Part shown: in pieces, positions 26,901 to 41,500 of the stretch | Layout of the letters: each line of letters opens with the position of its first letter | How positions within the stretch are numbered: position 1 is the first letter of the stretch | Source: Chrysomallon squamiferum | Lineage: Eukaryota; Animalia; Mollusca | Assembly (NCBI GenBank): GCA_012295275.1 | Contig: CM022665.1 | Coordinates: 22,692,001 to 22,756,000, forward strand | Length of the DNA: 64,000 bases | Reading direction: 5' to 3' | Notes under the pieces: model-generated | What the model was told of the DNA's origin: nothing | Seen by the model: the letters and a program-made list of their open reading frames with translations, nothing else | Database searches by the model: none | Program-made: the position numbers and the translations under genes

Positions 26901-29900
26901 TATAATTGATATAATCACTATGAAAAGTACCTAAGTTTTATCTAACTCTTTTATAAATTAGTCTACAGAAATAATTTATTCATCTTAGATAATTCATTTG
27001 TAGTTCAGTTTTTGGGCATGGATTACAGTTTGGAGAAGTTATTTTCTCTGAATTAGAAATACAAATTTAAGTATAAAATTAGATGAAAGCTTACTTGATT
27101 GTTAGAAATTAAATGAAAATGTTTTAAGCTTGCCTCAGATGTTACTATAAAATGAAAAAATTTAACATACCTTGGCAGCAATACCTAGTTTCTGGTAGCG
27201 TGCACCTGTTCCTGAGATGAAACGTGATAATTCTGGATTGTTGCTACTTTGGACAAGTGATTGGGCTTTATCACTGATGCTGTCAATAACACGCTGATAG
27301 GACAACACATCTTGGTGCAGTGCCTAAAACAAATATAACTTATGGGTTTTTTAAGGTAATTTATCACTATTTATATATTTTGTATCTAAAATTTTAAAAT
27401 AAATAAATAAATAAAGAGAAGAAATACAATCGGACAATTTTAGAAAATCTAATATGAATTGATATTTAATGACAATTATTAAAGATTAGCTAACTGTATA
27501 TAGTTGAATCACTGTTTTACCTATGAAAATATTCCTAATCTTTTTAAAAAAAAGGAATTTGTTTTGGTACAAAATTGTGAATATTCTAGTTAAATCTTTC
27601 TCTAAAATAAAATCAACATTTGACTAGAAAATGTTTACAAAAACTCTTTTATAAATGAGCAAGTAATATAAAAATAAAAATACTTTAACAAAATAAACCC
27701 ATTAGTTTGACTAGTTAAAATATACTTTATGTGATCAAAATATTAACTACTAACCTTGAAATTGTGTAGTTGTGATTTCTTCTCCTCCAGGGTGGATCTG
27801 AGTGGAGCTGTTCCTTCAAGTTGAGACTCCATGTCACGAAGCCAGTTTTCCACCTGACTGTAGCTGTCATCAAATGATGTCCACTTTACAAGAGATACCT
27901 CAAGCTTGCGCTGGATGTCAGAGAGTTCATCAAACAGTGACTCCCAGCCAACTTTGAGATTTCGCAGGTCCTGTCTGGTGCTCTCTCTGCCTTCTAGTGC
28001 AGTATTGGGGTACAGTTTCTCTCCAGCTTCAACAACCTGACTCAGTTTAGCAAAACCTGCATCTCGATCACGAAGAAGGTCCTGCAAATTAATTTTTAAA
28101 AGATTTTATATATTTATAACTTCACATTTCAAAAAGAAATTTATTTTAATATGATTTTAAATAAAAGATCTTGGCCAGAGTTTCAAATACATCAGTGAAA
28201 TTCTGTTATCAAAAATTGTTTTATCTTTCGCAAAACAAAGAACAAGAATTGAATTTGTCATACATATTATTTTTGATATTAAAATGTAATCATGTAGTAA
28301 CATATTATATTTATTTTATTTTGTTTCATAACAAACCTGAGCTTTCTCCAGCCGTTCTTCCAGTTCAGCTCGGGACCCACTTGTATCAGAGCATTCTGCA
28401 AATTTTGCCTTAGCTTTGTCCAGCCACTGAGTACAGCTGTTGAACTTTTCTTTGAACTGTTTGTGGTCTTCAACATTCTGTTCACATTTCTTAATAATGT
28501 CCTGAAGTAAAAGGAATTGATTATTAAATGTTATCATATAATTTTTGTAAAAAATTTAAAATTTAAAAAAATCGGTAAAAAAACAACAAAAACCTCACTA
28601 GCAGAGAGAAATTCACATCCTTTTCTTTACGAAATTTTATATGTATATTTTAATGAATTTTACTCTATGGAGGAAAACAAAATAATTTTGCCAAATCTAC
28701 TTTAATTAAACTATCTAACATACTCTCCATCTTTAAAAAAGTAAATAAATTAAAATGTTCAATACAGCTAGATCATATGTGGTTGTTTAACAGAATTCTA
28801 TACATTTCACTATGTTATACACATCTCTTATCCGTATTTAAAATTTGTTAGGTTAAACTAAGAAGAATTTTTTTTTATTTTAAGTATAAAGTATTATACC
28901 TTAGCAGCACCCAGCAGAGACTGATAGCGAGTTGCCAACTGAGAAGCAAAGTTTCCAACACGAGCCTCTCCAGTCAGCTGTTGTAAAGTCTGGGCTTCGT
29001 CTGTAAATTTATCAATATCCTGCTGGCGATTTCTGAGATCCTGAAGAAAATCCTATAATGAAATTAAAAATTTTAAATATGTAACTATTCCTTTTTCTGC
29101 AATATCAATTTAGAAAACAACAACAAAAGGAAGAAGAAGAAAAGCAAAACACACCCCATCCAACCTAACAAATAAATGTAACAGTAACAAAATGACCACA
29201 ACAACAAACAAATAAAATCAACATAATGAATCATAATAAATTATTATTTTAAGCACAGTATTTTTCATCAGAGATAATTAATTTTCTAATGATTAAAATA
29301 ATTTTTACTGTAAAAGGTTATGATTTAAAAATAATTATTTCTGCTTTCATATATAATAATAATAATTAAAAAAGAGCAAGAGAGAGAAAGAAAAAAAAAA
29401 GAAGAAGAAAAAACAGAAAAACAAGAAAAAATAAGCTAAAGTTAAATTATCATTCCCATAGTCACCAGTAATTCCATGCCCATTTCCAGGACACATATGG
29501 ATGCTCATTACATGACCATAAGCATTATCATTTTGCATGCTACAATCTATGTGCACTGCAGTATTCATTTAATTTATCAAATTCATTAAGTAATTAATTT
29601 GTCAACTAAAGCAATGAACATTAATAGACAGATAAATCAGCAATAAAAACTTTTTAGATCACCATCACCACCCTTCATGCATGCACAGATGCATGAACAC
29701 ACAAACTAATAAAAAAAATTAAATCCTTAAAAGGTAAAAATAATAATAATAAATAAATAATAATTAATTTTTCATTTATATTTTTTAAATACATGTCATA
29801 AAAATAAAATAAAAATAAAAATGAGCAACAACCATTCCTAAAAATAAAGTTCTGAAATAAGTGAAATTAAGAAATGAAAAATCAAGACGAGCTAAATATT

Positions 29901-32900
29901 AGAGCATTTAACTATATATTAGGCAAATATTTATTTAAAAAATGTTTTCTTTCTTGATTATTTCAAATCACATAACTGAATCTAAGATTAAGAGGTGCAA
30001 TATTAGAAAATATCAAATGCAAAATAAAGGCTAAGTATAAAGTAAAATAATTTTTTTTAAAATAACACACAAATAAAAAAAACTGCTTCTTTAGTGGTGA
30101 TTCTATTTTGTATACCTATAAACTAATAACATTTATAAATAACAGAACAATAAAAAAAATAAAACAAACATAACAAACAAAACAAAAACAAAATGAATAA
30201 AATGGATAAAAAATTAATATAATAATTGTTTAAAATTTTAACATATAAATCAATAAAGTTTCTACCATTTTCTACCACAAAAAGCAGGCACTTTTTTATG
30301 GATGGGGACATGCATAATTTTCTCTATAGTAATTATATTTGTTGTTCATTGCTTGGAAATGAAAAGTAATAAAAACGTGTAAATGAATGAAAAAAAAAAG
30401 AAGTAATTAGTCGTATTTATAACCATGCAAAATACATGTCTTTATATATAACATAAAATACATAAATTTCTATTAACAAATATAGAAGAAGCAATATAGT
30501 CAATAATGAATTGGTTTCATGAATAATGTTTACATACATTTAAAAAATGGCCATGCCCATCATCAATTCTCCAGTCAAATTAAACCAAATAATGCAAAAA
30601 AAAAAAAAAAAAGTAACTGGTAGTTTACAGTGCTAAAAAATGAACATAATATAGAATACTTCAATATGTTATTTTAAAAAATCTGAAAATCTTTTCTTTA
30701 CTCGGTCATCTAAAATAACTAATATTAATTTTCAAAATATATAAAGTAAAACATAATAATAATAAAAATAATTATAATAATAATAATAATAATAATAATT
30801 AAAACATTCAGAGAAGACAGCGATCTATAAAAGAAAATATAACAGGGACACAGACTAAAGAATGAATTATCTATAAAGTAGTAAGACTGCAGAAGACCTG
30901 TAAAAAGCAAACAGAACCTGAAGACTAACAAACATGATGCACCCATATATTTTAGCAGTTATGAAGAATGAATTATAAAATCAAATAACCAACAAACCAT
31001 TCATACAGGTGAAGTATCAGATAACATTTTGTAGATTTCATTCTTATTCATCACCAGGTAAAACCAAATGCACTAAATAAACACCTTACAGGCTTAAACC
31101 ATATTTATAATTAATGTATATATATATTCCGTTAATGTTTAATATTTCTCCCAGTCAGTTTTTTTATTAACCATGCAGTAAAAGGCATTCCCCATCCACA
31201 TGCTAAGCTCTCCTACAAACAGGGTGTGAGAACACCTGAAACAACAGCTTACATCAACAGCACTAATCATGGACTCCTGACGCACTATGTCCTCATACAG
31301 TGCCTGGATGGGTGGAATAACATATATTTATAACAATGATGCTGTTTTAAAAAAAACATGCCATTTAATAAATATAATAATAATAATTTTTCTGAATTCC
31401 TTGTTTTCAGTCAGGTGGCTGGTAGCTGAATTACAAAAGCATTTTAAAAAGAAAACAGTTTATAACTCACTACTTTCTCTGAAGCAGAGTAAAAATGAAT
31501 ATCTATTTTCATTTATCTATGTTTGAAAATGTCGGTAATTTAATAAAAGCATCAAAGGCCACTATCAGTTTTAATTGTTGCTTGCACTAATTCCTTGTAA
31601 AAGTTTTATCACAGAAGTTTAAGCTGTATTTCTAGTAAGATGATTGTTTTCATTCTTTTATGAAATGTATCTTTAAAACTAACTTAATGTTTAACTGGGT
31701 TTTATTGTCATTAATTTCTTTTCAAAAAGGAAAGACAGAAAACCTTTGAAAAATATAAGTAACATAATTTTAGGGGGCAGAAAAGCTAATAAATACAAAA
31801 AATATTCAAGGTCTAATAATTACCTGATACCACACAAGCTGTTCTCTCTTCTCCTCAAGAGTTGATTTTAAAGGAACATCTTTGACTTTTTTCTCCATAT
31901 CTTTGATCCAGCTAGCCACTTTGTCATAGTTTTCCTCATAGATGATCCAGTAGTGAAGTGCCTGTTCAAGGTTATCTTTCAGTGAGGTCAGTTTCTGTGT
32001 AAAGTCTTCCCAATCAAGGCGTAACATATCTAGTTCTTGCTGTATTGTCTGTCGACCCTTCATTGCAGTTGTGTTCATTGTTGCCTCTGCATTCTTTTCA
32101 CATTCTTTGATTTTAGCAATGCCATCAGATTGTGAAGCAATCAATTCCTAAGATGTTTTTAAATGATAAAACAAAAATGAAATGGGAATGGATAAAAATT
32201 TTATAGGCTAAATTATTGTCTGAAATATATATATATATATACTAATATATAATTTTTTTTTTTTTTTATAAGTGACATAATAAAAGATATTAAAATCTTA
32301 ACTTCATCCTTTAGTGACATCATATTCAATTTTGAAAATAAATTAATTACAGATATGATGAACTTTTTAATATATAGAAAATACAATTTTAAATTCAACA
32401 TTTTGTCACTGAAGCCTATTAACAAGTGGTAAACAAACTTACATGAAGTCTGTCAAGTTTATTCTGTATTGTCTGTCTGTCACCAGATGTATCTGCACAC
32501 ATTGTCTGTTTGTCCTTCATCTGAGTCATCCAGTCAACAGCAGCATGAAGTGTTTCCTGGTATTGCTGATGAAATATCACATGCTGCTCCGATTTGCTGA
32601 TTAATGCCTGAAGTATCAAAATTGTGTAAATGATTATTCTTAAGATTCAATACCCAATATGCAAATACTTTTATAAAGTTGTTTATTTATACAAACTGTT
32701 AGGATAATGCTTTAACAACATTTAGAAATAAATTCTTGAAACACCTTGTGTTTTATACATCTTTTATTTAAGTAAATTAGGTTAAACATATGTAAATACA
32801 CCACCTATATATTAAAGAACTGCACATAAGCACCTAAAAAATCATTAAAGGTTAACATAGCAAATATGATTTCAACAACTATTATGTTATGATGTCCTTA

Positions 32901-35900
32901 ATGACAATCTGTTTTATAACAGAAACATCCTTTGCATACCTATATTATTGGGAAAAGATTTATGTTATCAATAATCAAAAGATTTCATGGCTGATATAAA
33001 AACCTTACTTTGGCATCCATAGTTAGCTTCTCATATCTGGAGTTAACACTGGTAATGAAAGAAGCCACATCAGAGTTGGAAGTTGTCTGAAGAACACCCT
33101 GAGCTTTTTCTATCACTGAGTCTACAAGTCTCTGATGAGAGACAATATCTTGAAGCAGAGACTAAAATAAACAAAAGATTTAACTTCATGACTTGGGTTA
33201 AATAAAATGTATTTCTAAACAACAATTCATTATAAAATATTAGTGATAATATATTTGTTAGACCCATTTTCTGAATTAAAAAAGATTTAATTTATTTGGA
33301 AAATGATTAACAAAAATAATTCATAGAGATCCAACTGGTTTCTAAATTTACCATCAATGTAAATAATAATTTGATACTTCTTGTTTCAAAATTAATTAAT
33401 GATATACTAGTGTTACTTATTGATTAATTATGGTTTATTAATTTCAAATAATGCCTTATGATTCAAATTTTGTCTTTAATTTTCTGAATTAAAAAGAAGC
33501 ACAAAATCAAACCTCTATACAGATATTTAAAAAGCACATTAATTTCCTATTCTAATAAACACATTTTTTTAATTAACAGATTATATAATAGAAAATCTGT
33601 AAAAAAAGGTTTTACTCGGTGATGTTGTAGCTGAAGCCGTTTCTCTTGCAGTGTGTTCTTCACTTCAATATCAGACCTGAGCACAGACTCGGTCTCACTG
33701 AGCCATCGCATCAGGTGATCTTGTCCTTCTGCATACGATGACCACTGCAAAAGGAAAGCATCAACTTTCCTCTGTGCATCATTCAGCCCTGTAAACAGGT
33801 GATCCCAGCTATCTTTACATGATCGGAGATCCTGGCGAACTTTTTCTCGTCCTGGTGCAGCTGTGTCAGGATAGAGTTTCTCTCCAGCTTCTATTGTCAA
33901 GTTGAGCTTCTGTAATCCATGTTCCTTTTCAGTGTACAGGATTTGAATGAGAGCTCGCTTTTCTTCCATCGATTCTTGATCACTCACTGGCTGTTGACAT
34001 GTTTCCAGTCTCTGATTTGCCAGGTGAAGCCACTCATTGTATTCATTCAAACGGTTGTTGTATGTGTTGTGTTCATGTACATATTTCTCCCATTTGTTTA
34101 TCAAGTCCTATAAGAGATAACATTTTTTTTTTTAATAAAAACACCTAATATTTGTGGTTTATATGGTTTATATTTATACAATCACTTTATTTCTTTTTTT
34201 TTAAGAAACATGTAAAATTAAATTAAACAACAAATTCTCTTTTTGACTGTTTGTTGTTTTGCAAATCAAATTAGTTTTGAAAATATGTGAGCAATATTAC
34301 TGTATTTGTGCAGTGGAATGCTAAGGTTTAAAGGTTTCTATAAAATAACTGAATTATATTTTAATATCAAATTGTAAATATTTTTATTACATAATTATAA
34401 GCAGACATCCTTTGGAGATGAAGAATTACCTTAACAAGAGATAAGAGTCCTTGATATCTGTTAGTCAGCTGTGAAACTTGGGTGCTCAGACGAACATCAG
34501 AACTTGTGTGCATCAAATTTTGAGCATCATCCATAAATCTGTCTATCTCTGGTTGATGAGACAGGATTTCTTCTCTTTGTTTCTATACAAAAACAAAATA
34601 AATAAATAAATAACAATACAGTGAAAACATATTAAAGATTATCATCTTCTGTTTCCATTTGCATTTATTGAAATGATCAGTAAAAAGGGGCCATAATTAA
34701 CTGTTAATTCCAGTAAGGATATTTGTCCATTTTTTGGTTTTAAGATATTAGCCTTTATGCTTTATAAATAATATTCTTTTAAATAAAACAAACATAAGAA
34801 ACCAAATGAATGAACAATCAAAATAAACAAATAGGAAAATCTGCTCTGCATCTGTCATTGAATCTCACATTAAAAAAAAAAAGATTAGCTAAAATCATCC
34901 CTGAATAATGACTACATAAAACAAAAGCCATATAGTCACACACATATGGACTTATTTAGAACATACAAAGACACCATGTACCTTAAATTTCTCTACTTGT
35001 GCTTCCTTCTCTTTAAGAGTTGACTTCAGTTCATAACCTTTAACCTGCTGTTCCATTTCCTTCAGCCAGTCAGCACAAGAATCAAACTTAGTTTCAAATT
35101 GGTCCCACTGAATCACTGCCTGATCTAGAGACATCTCAGCCTGGTTCATGAGACCGAGATAATCATTCCACTCATGCTGCAGATGGTCCAGTTCTCGTCG
35201 TAGGATTTCGCATCCAGATGGTGATGTGTTCTTGAATGTCTTGTTACACAACTCTTTGGTATTTGACAGTTTGCTCTCTCCTACAGGCACACTGGCAGTG
35301 AAATCCTGTTGTAATAATAATAATAATAATAAAAAAGATGGTAATAATTATAATAATAATGAAATAATAATGACCATGTTGTAGATAATGATGATGATGG
35401 TACAATTCTGTGATCATTAAAAACAATTTCATGTAACAAGATTTTAGCTGTTTAATTTTCTCTCAAGAATTATATCAAGTTAATTTTAAAAGCTCATAAT
35501 GATTTAATTCAAAAATGATTGAAACTATTTTTTAATTATCAATATTTTTTAAACTCTACAAAAATATAAATCCATATAAAATTAAACTTATTTGGTTTTA
35601 CCTGGTAACTTCAATTAATTAATCTTTATTTTTAAAAATGAATATTCAGTTATATTTATTACATGGACAAAATTTCATATATCAGAGAGAACATTTGAGC
35701 ACTTTTATTTTTTTTTTAAATATTCATACATTTAGGCCATCTTTACCTTTAACCTTTCTTTTTTGCTCTGGAGGGAGAGTTTGTCACCAGATCTGTCTGC
35801 ACATGATTCAAGTTTCTCTCGAGAAAGGTTCAGCCAATCCTGGAAGTCATGGGATGCATCCTGGTATTGTTGGTGGTCTTTGACTGCTGTTTCAAACTTC

Positions 35901-38462
35901 TTGAGGATTTTCTTTGAAGACTGACACAGCTTCTCATACTTGTCATTCAGTTCATTAACAAATTTCTGTACTTTTGCTGCAGGTGATGACTGTGTTAAAT
36001 TCTGAGCTTTTTCTGACAAGCTTTGAATGATGTGTTGTCGAGACAAGATGTCTTGATGCAGAACCTAAATATATAAAAAAAGGTTTGTTTATTATTTCTT
36101 TTATAAAATAAATGACCAAAGGCATATTTTCAGTTATGACATATTTGACATAACAGCTATATATGATTAAACTATAGTATCTCTCTTAATGACTTCGTAT
36201 GCAGTTGTTATAACCAGAACATGTCCTATTTCTCATGATAAATCATTAATTTGTGATAATAAAATACATCAGACCTTTGTTTCTTAACATTTAATTTTAT
36301 TCATCTAATATCACTCTAAATTAAGTCAAAGAAAGGTACAATTTCTCTTGAGTATAATAAAGGCAATTAAAAAAAATTCATCTCTGATTGAGAAAATTCT
36401 AAAATACAATGAAACAATGTTTTTTACATACCCAGTAACAGAAATATCTGTAACAGATTTAATGTTTAAACAACTGTAATACTTATTCAATAATTATTAA
36501 TAGTAACACTCATTCAAAACAACTGACAATGACCTCTTATTTTAAAGTAGTACTATTAAAAAGTGTTCCATCCAGTGCATATCTTTTTTCTATAAAAATA
36601 ATTACAAATAACTTTATACCTTGTGATTCTGTAGCTGAGCTTTCTTATCTGGCAGTGTTGTCTTGAGTTCTGTGTCTTCCTTCAGTTTGACCTCCACATC
36701 AAGGAGCCATTTCTGGAACTGCTCAAAGTTCTCATCATAGGCTGACCAGTCCATTAGTGTAGAGTCAAGTTTTCTCTGGGTTTGTGCTACCTCATCACAC
36801 AGAGATTCCCACTCATCTCGCAAATTTCTTTAACAAAAATAATAATAATAATAATAATATAATAATGATAAAAATAATAGAATTAGTAATATTAATAATA
36901 ATAATAACAACAATGACAATAATAGTAATAGTAATAACAGTAATAATAATAATAATATTTTTATAAAAATGAGAAAAAATATTAAAAAATGTAAAATAAT
37001 ATCTAAATAATATTAGTTAATTAACTAATTTCCTTTGTAATTTCAAGGTATATTAATTCACTTGAAAATATATCTCAATATGTATTTCTTATTCAGTAAT
37101 TTTTATTTATTTTTATCTCATATAATGCATAGTTTCATTATTAGCTACAAAATAATAACTAGTATAACCTAAACTTTCAATTGTTAGTCTTCAAAAAAGT
37201 CCAGAAATAAATAATTAAATATTTAGTACTAAGAGTGCATACTAGTTGTAAATTATTTGTATGTGTGTATATTAATTAATATATATATTTGCATGAGAAA
37301 TATTTAGCAAAGAATATAATTATATCCGTATAGATTGAATTTATTTCTACTTGTAATTGTTATTAAAAATGTCCTACTCACAACTAAAGAGTTTTTCAGA
37401 TGTTATTTATCTTTATCCGTTTACATTATTTTTACAACAGATACAACATTACTGCTTCTGCTGTCAGTAACTCACCTTAAATCCTGTCTTATTGCGTCTC
37501 TGCCTTCAGAAGCTGTGCTGGGGTACAGTTTCTCTCCCATGTCAATTGTCTGCATCACATTGTGTCTCCCCTCATCCTTTTCTGCAGCCAGCTCCTGCAA
37601 TTTCACAAGACGATCCTCAACATCCTGCTTGTCACCTGCTAGGTCAGCACACACCTGTAGTCTTTTTCTTAGAGTTGACACCCAGCCCATCACCTGCGAG
37701 TAATTACTCTGGTATGCTTGATGCTCTTCTGCCATTTCCTGACACTTACAGATGGCATCCTAATAAGAAAAAAAAAGGTAAAATACATACAAATCCAAAT
37801 TCAATATAAAATACTGTACATCAAGAGAAACTAATATATATATATAACAAATTTATGCAAATTGGTGAATAAAAATATATATTTGTTGTTTAAGTAATTT
37901 TATGATATATAAAATCATAAAGAAAATATTATTTAAAAAAGGTATAAAATAACGTATTTTTAAATACAATATATACCAATGTAAATGAATAAAGTTTAAA
38001 CAAATTTTGTTTCAGAATTAAGAAGGAAGAAAAATAAATAATTCCTGATCTAACATTTTGAATGGATTACAATGCATACAGAACAAAAAAACACTCAAAA
38101 TAATTTTTTGCATATGAGTTACATCATGGAACTGACCTTGATCCTTGCTTTGAGACCTTCATATTTAGCAGCAAGCTGTGTGCTGTAGTTGAGTTGACGT
38201 GGATCAGAACCCTGCACCTCATAGGCCATTGACTGGAGTTCCTCAAACTTAGCTTGATTGTCCATGATCTGTTGCTGAATATGCTGTCAAGTGGAAAATA
38301 AAACATGATAAATATTAGCAAGTAAATAATGAAGATTTCAAAATATTTATTTTATAAAATGTTTGAAATTAGTCATCAAATATTATGTAGTAACACATTT
38401 ATTAAAGATATCTAGAATTAAAACTTTAGTATTTACTGACCCTCTTCTGCAGCTATAATCAA

Positions 38463-38501
<39 letters not shown>

Positions 38502-41500
38502 CTAACACTTTTTCTTCAATCTAATTCTATTCTTCTGAATAAGAAAATGAACTCAATTTTGTCTAAGAATATACTCTGATGAAAAACTTCAATATTTTAC
38601 CTTCAGATGTTCCACTTGGTTAACCTTGTCTGCAAGAGAAGATTTTAATTCCTGGTCCTTCACTTGAGCTTCAGTTTCTCGCAGCCACTGACCAAGAGTT
38701 TCACAAGATGTATCATACGTGACAAGGGCTTGTTGAGCTTGGGCCAGATTTTCTTCAATTTCATCAACTCTGCTTCCCAGATCCTCCCAGTCTAGTTTCA
38801 GTGTCTCAAGCTCACGTCTGATGGTTCCCTGGCCATGTGATGCTGTTTGTGGAATTACCTTCTCACCCTGCTGTTGTACACTGTTCATCTTGTGATGTCC
38901 TTCTGACATAACAGTTCTAATATCCTGAAAATAGTAAAAAAATAATTATGATAATAATAAAACATTAGTGAACTGAAGATAATGAAAAAAATAAAAAGCA
39001 AACAAGTGCCATTTATTTCTATATTTTTCTCTAAATATTTTAAGTTGTAAAATAATAAAAATTTGTTTAGTTTACTTTGAAGATTCATTTATTCAAATAA
39101 ATAATTTTCTTCATTCATTCAGACAGCAGATCTAATGTTTCAGAATATACAATTTATAAAACCATTATTTATAAACAGATTCACAAGAGAATCCATCCAC
39201 TGTACTAGACAAAATCTAAAACTGTAATTTAAACTACTGTTGCCATGTACAACATAAAATATATATATACATGCAAAAGTAAAACAATTTTCTGAACTAA
39301 AATTCAAAATAAAACCATTTTATGAATCAAAAATAGAAGTGAGTGCTTTGTATGAGATATTTAATCAAACTAAATGTTTGTACCTGAACTCTGTCCATCC
39401 TGTTCTGCAGTGCTTGCTTGTCACTGGTGATTTCTGCACAAATGGCCAGTTTGTCCTGTATGGATGTCATCCAATCTCTGCACTGCTGATACTGGTCTTG
39501 GTACAGCTGATGCTGGTCTACATACTCTTCTGCTTGCTGGACTCGAGTCTGCAAACATGACATAACATTAGGAGTCATTCTAAAACCAGCAGTAACTGAC
39601 AATTATTTTACTGAAGAAGAAACATAACTGTATAATTCTAAACTGATTATGTTATAAGAATAATAAGTTTACTTTTGTCACCTTTGCAGTACTGTCTACT
39701 ACTATGAGAATCTTTAATCCAACTAGGACACAGACTATGAATTTAAAATAAAACCTCAGTTTCTGGTCTTATATTTACACTTTTTCAATAAATGTTATTT
39801 TAATTTAAACTGTGAGTTGAAATTTGTTGAGCATTTTGAAACAGAAAATGACATGAAATTTTCCAAACTTGAACATTTCAACTGAAAATTATTATTTTCT
39901 TGTTTTGTTTTACCTATCCTTTTTATGACCATCTACATTTTTTTTATATGTCTTTTTATGTATGTGTACATACAGACAAATAGACAAACACCATATGCAA
40001 GACAACCTGACAGACAAAGAGACAACAGATACATTTATTATTTAATTTGATCTCTTTCTAAAACAAACCAAAATATATCAAACACTTACCTGGGCTGTAG
40101 CACACAATGTATTGTATTTATTGTTGAGCTGTTTGAGTTTTGCTCTGATTTGACTTGATGACAAGGCTTGTCCTTTGTCGTTTATACTGTCAATCATTCT
40201 CTGATGGGATGTGATGTCTTGTAGTCTTGTCTACAAGAAATATATTATGAAATATTAAATATTACAGACAGTATGAACTGAACTAAATAATGTCATAACA
40301 CTGAAAATAATTATTATTCTGCACAATACATAAAATTTCTATCACTTTATAATATTTAATTTGAATTTTTCTAAATAAACATTCTTTATCACTAATCATT
40401 TTAAATTTTAGCACTGCTTAGTAAAACTGATTTTATACATTTTAACTTTTACAGACAATTAAAATTCCTTTTAAAATATACTTACTGTTTATGTTATTCA
40501 TATTTCCTTAAAATAAAATTGAAATTTCACAAAAAATTTATTTACATATATTTGATATAATAAACATTTCAAAATTTGTATTTATTTTCACCTTATAATG
40601 TTGAAGAACCCCTTTCTTTTCTTGCAGTGTGTTTTTCTTTTCTGGTTCTGTGTTCATCTGGAGTTCCATGTCATCAATCCATTTGGCCAGCTGGTCAAAA
40701 TTTTCATCAAAAGATGACCACTGCATTCTACTCGATTCCAGTTGTCGTTGTGTTTCATTCAGAGTGTCTTGAAAGTTTTCCCACATATTGCGGAGATTCC
40801 TCATGTCTCGCCTAATACTATCACGTCCTTCATTTGAGGTGTTGGGCAACAGCTTCTCTCCACTTTCAAGAGCAGCATTAAAGTGTTCAAGACCTTGATC
40901 TTTGTGTGCAAGAAGATCCTAACAAAATATTTTCATAAAAAGTCAGTAAAAACCATTTAATTAAAAATAACATGATACAACACAATGTAAATAAAATAAA
41001 ATAAAATAAAATAGAAAGCAAGTGAAAAAGAAATAAGAAACTAAAAAGATAGAGAAAGGAAAAATTTAATAACAAAAGTACCAAATATGTTGTTTTTGTC
41101 ATTTGTAATGATATAATTATTAAAAAGTATTCATATATCTTTTTCTTTATTCGAAATATACAGTGATTGAAACAGTATGTTTATATAAAATATTTTTACA
41201 AGTATTATTATGTAGAATAAATGGCCAGCATGAATTGCCAAAACAACCTGAGAATTAACAGATTAAGAAAGCAATCAAGAAATAATAAAATGACAAAAAT
41301 GAACTTCCTTAACAACCAGTAATTAAGAAACGATGAGTAACCAGGATAGACCAAAACAGTTAAAATATAACAAGCAATTAATACTTAAGAAACTAAGAAG
41401 GTGATAGACTAAATTAAAGCATAACCACCGGTAAATAATTAAGAAAGCAATCAGCATACCTGTACAATGGCAAGTCTTGCTTCCAGGGATTCCTCATCGG

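Noticed and set aside
29347-29568. ORF MNTAVHIDCS..GNGHGITGDYGND
   Set aside because: No convincing splice sites or homology; the GC-richer patch is better explained as intronic regulatory sequence.
30702-30709. 8-nt ttttag|ATGACCGA|gtaaag candidate microexon
   Set aside because: Not frame-preserving and no supporting motif; it shows that chance matches occur.
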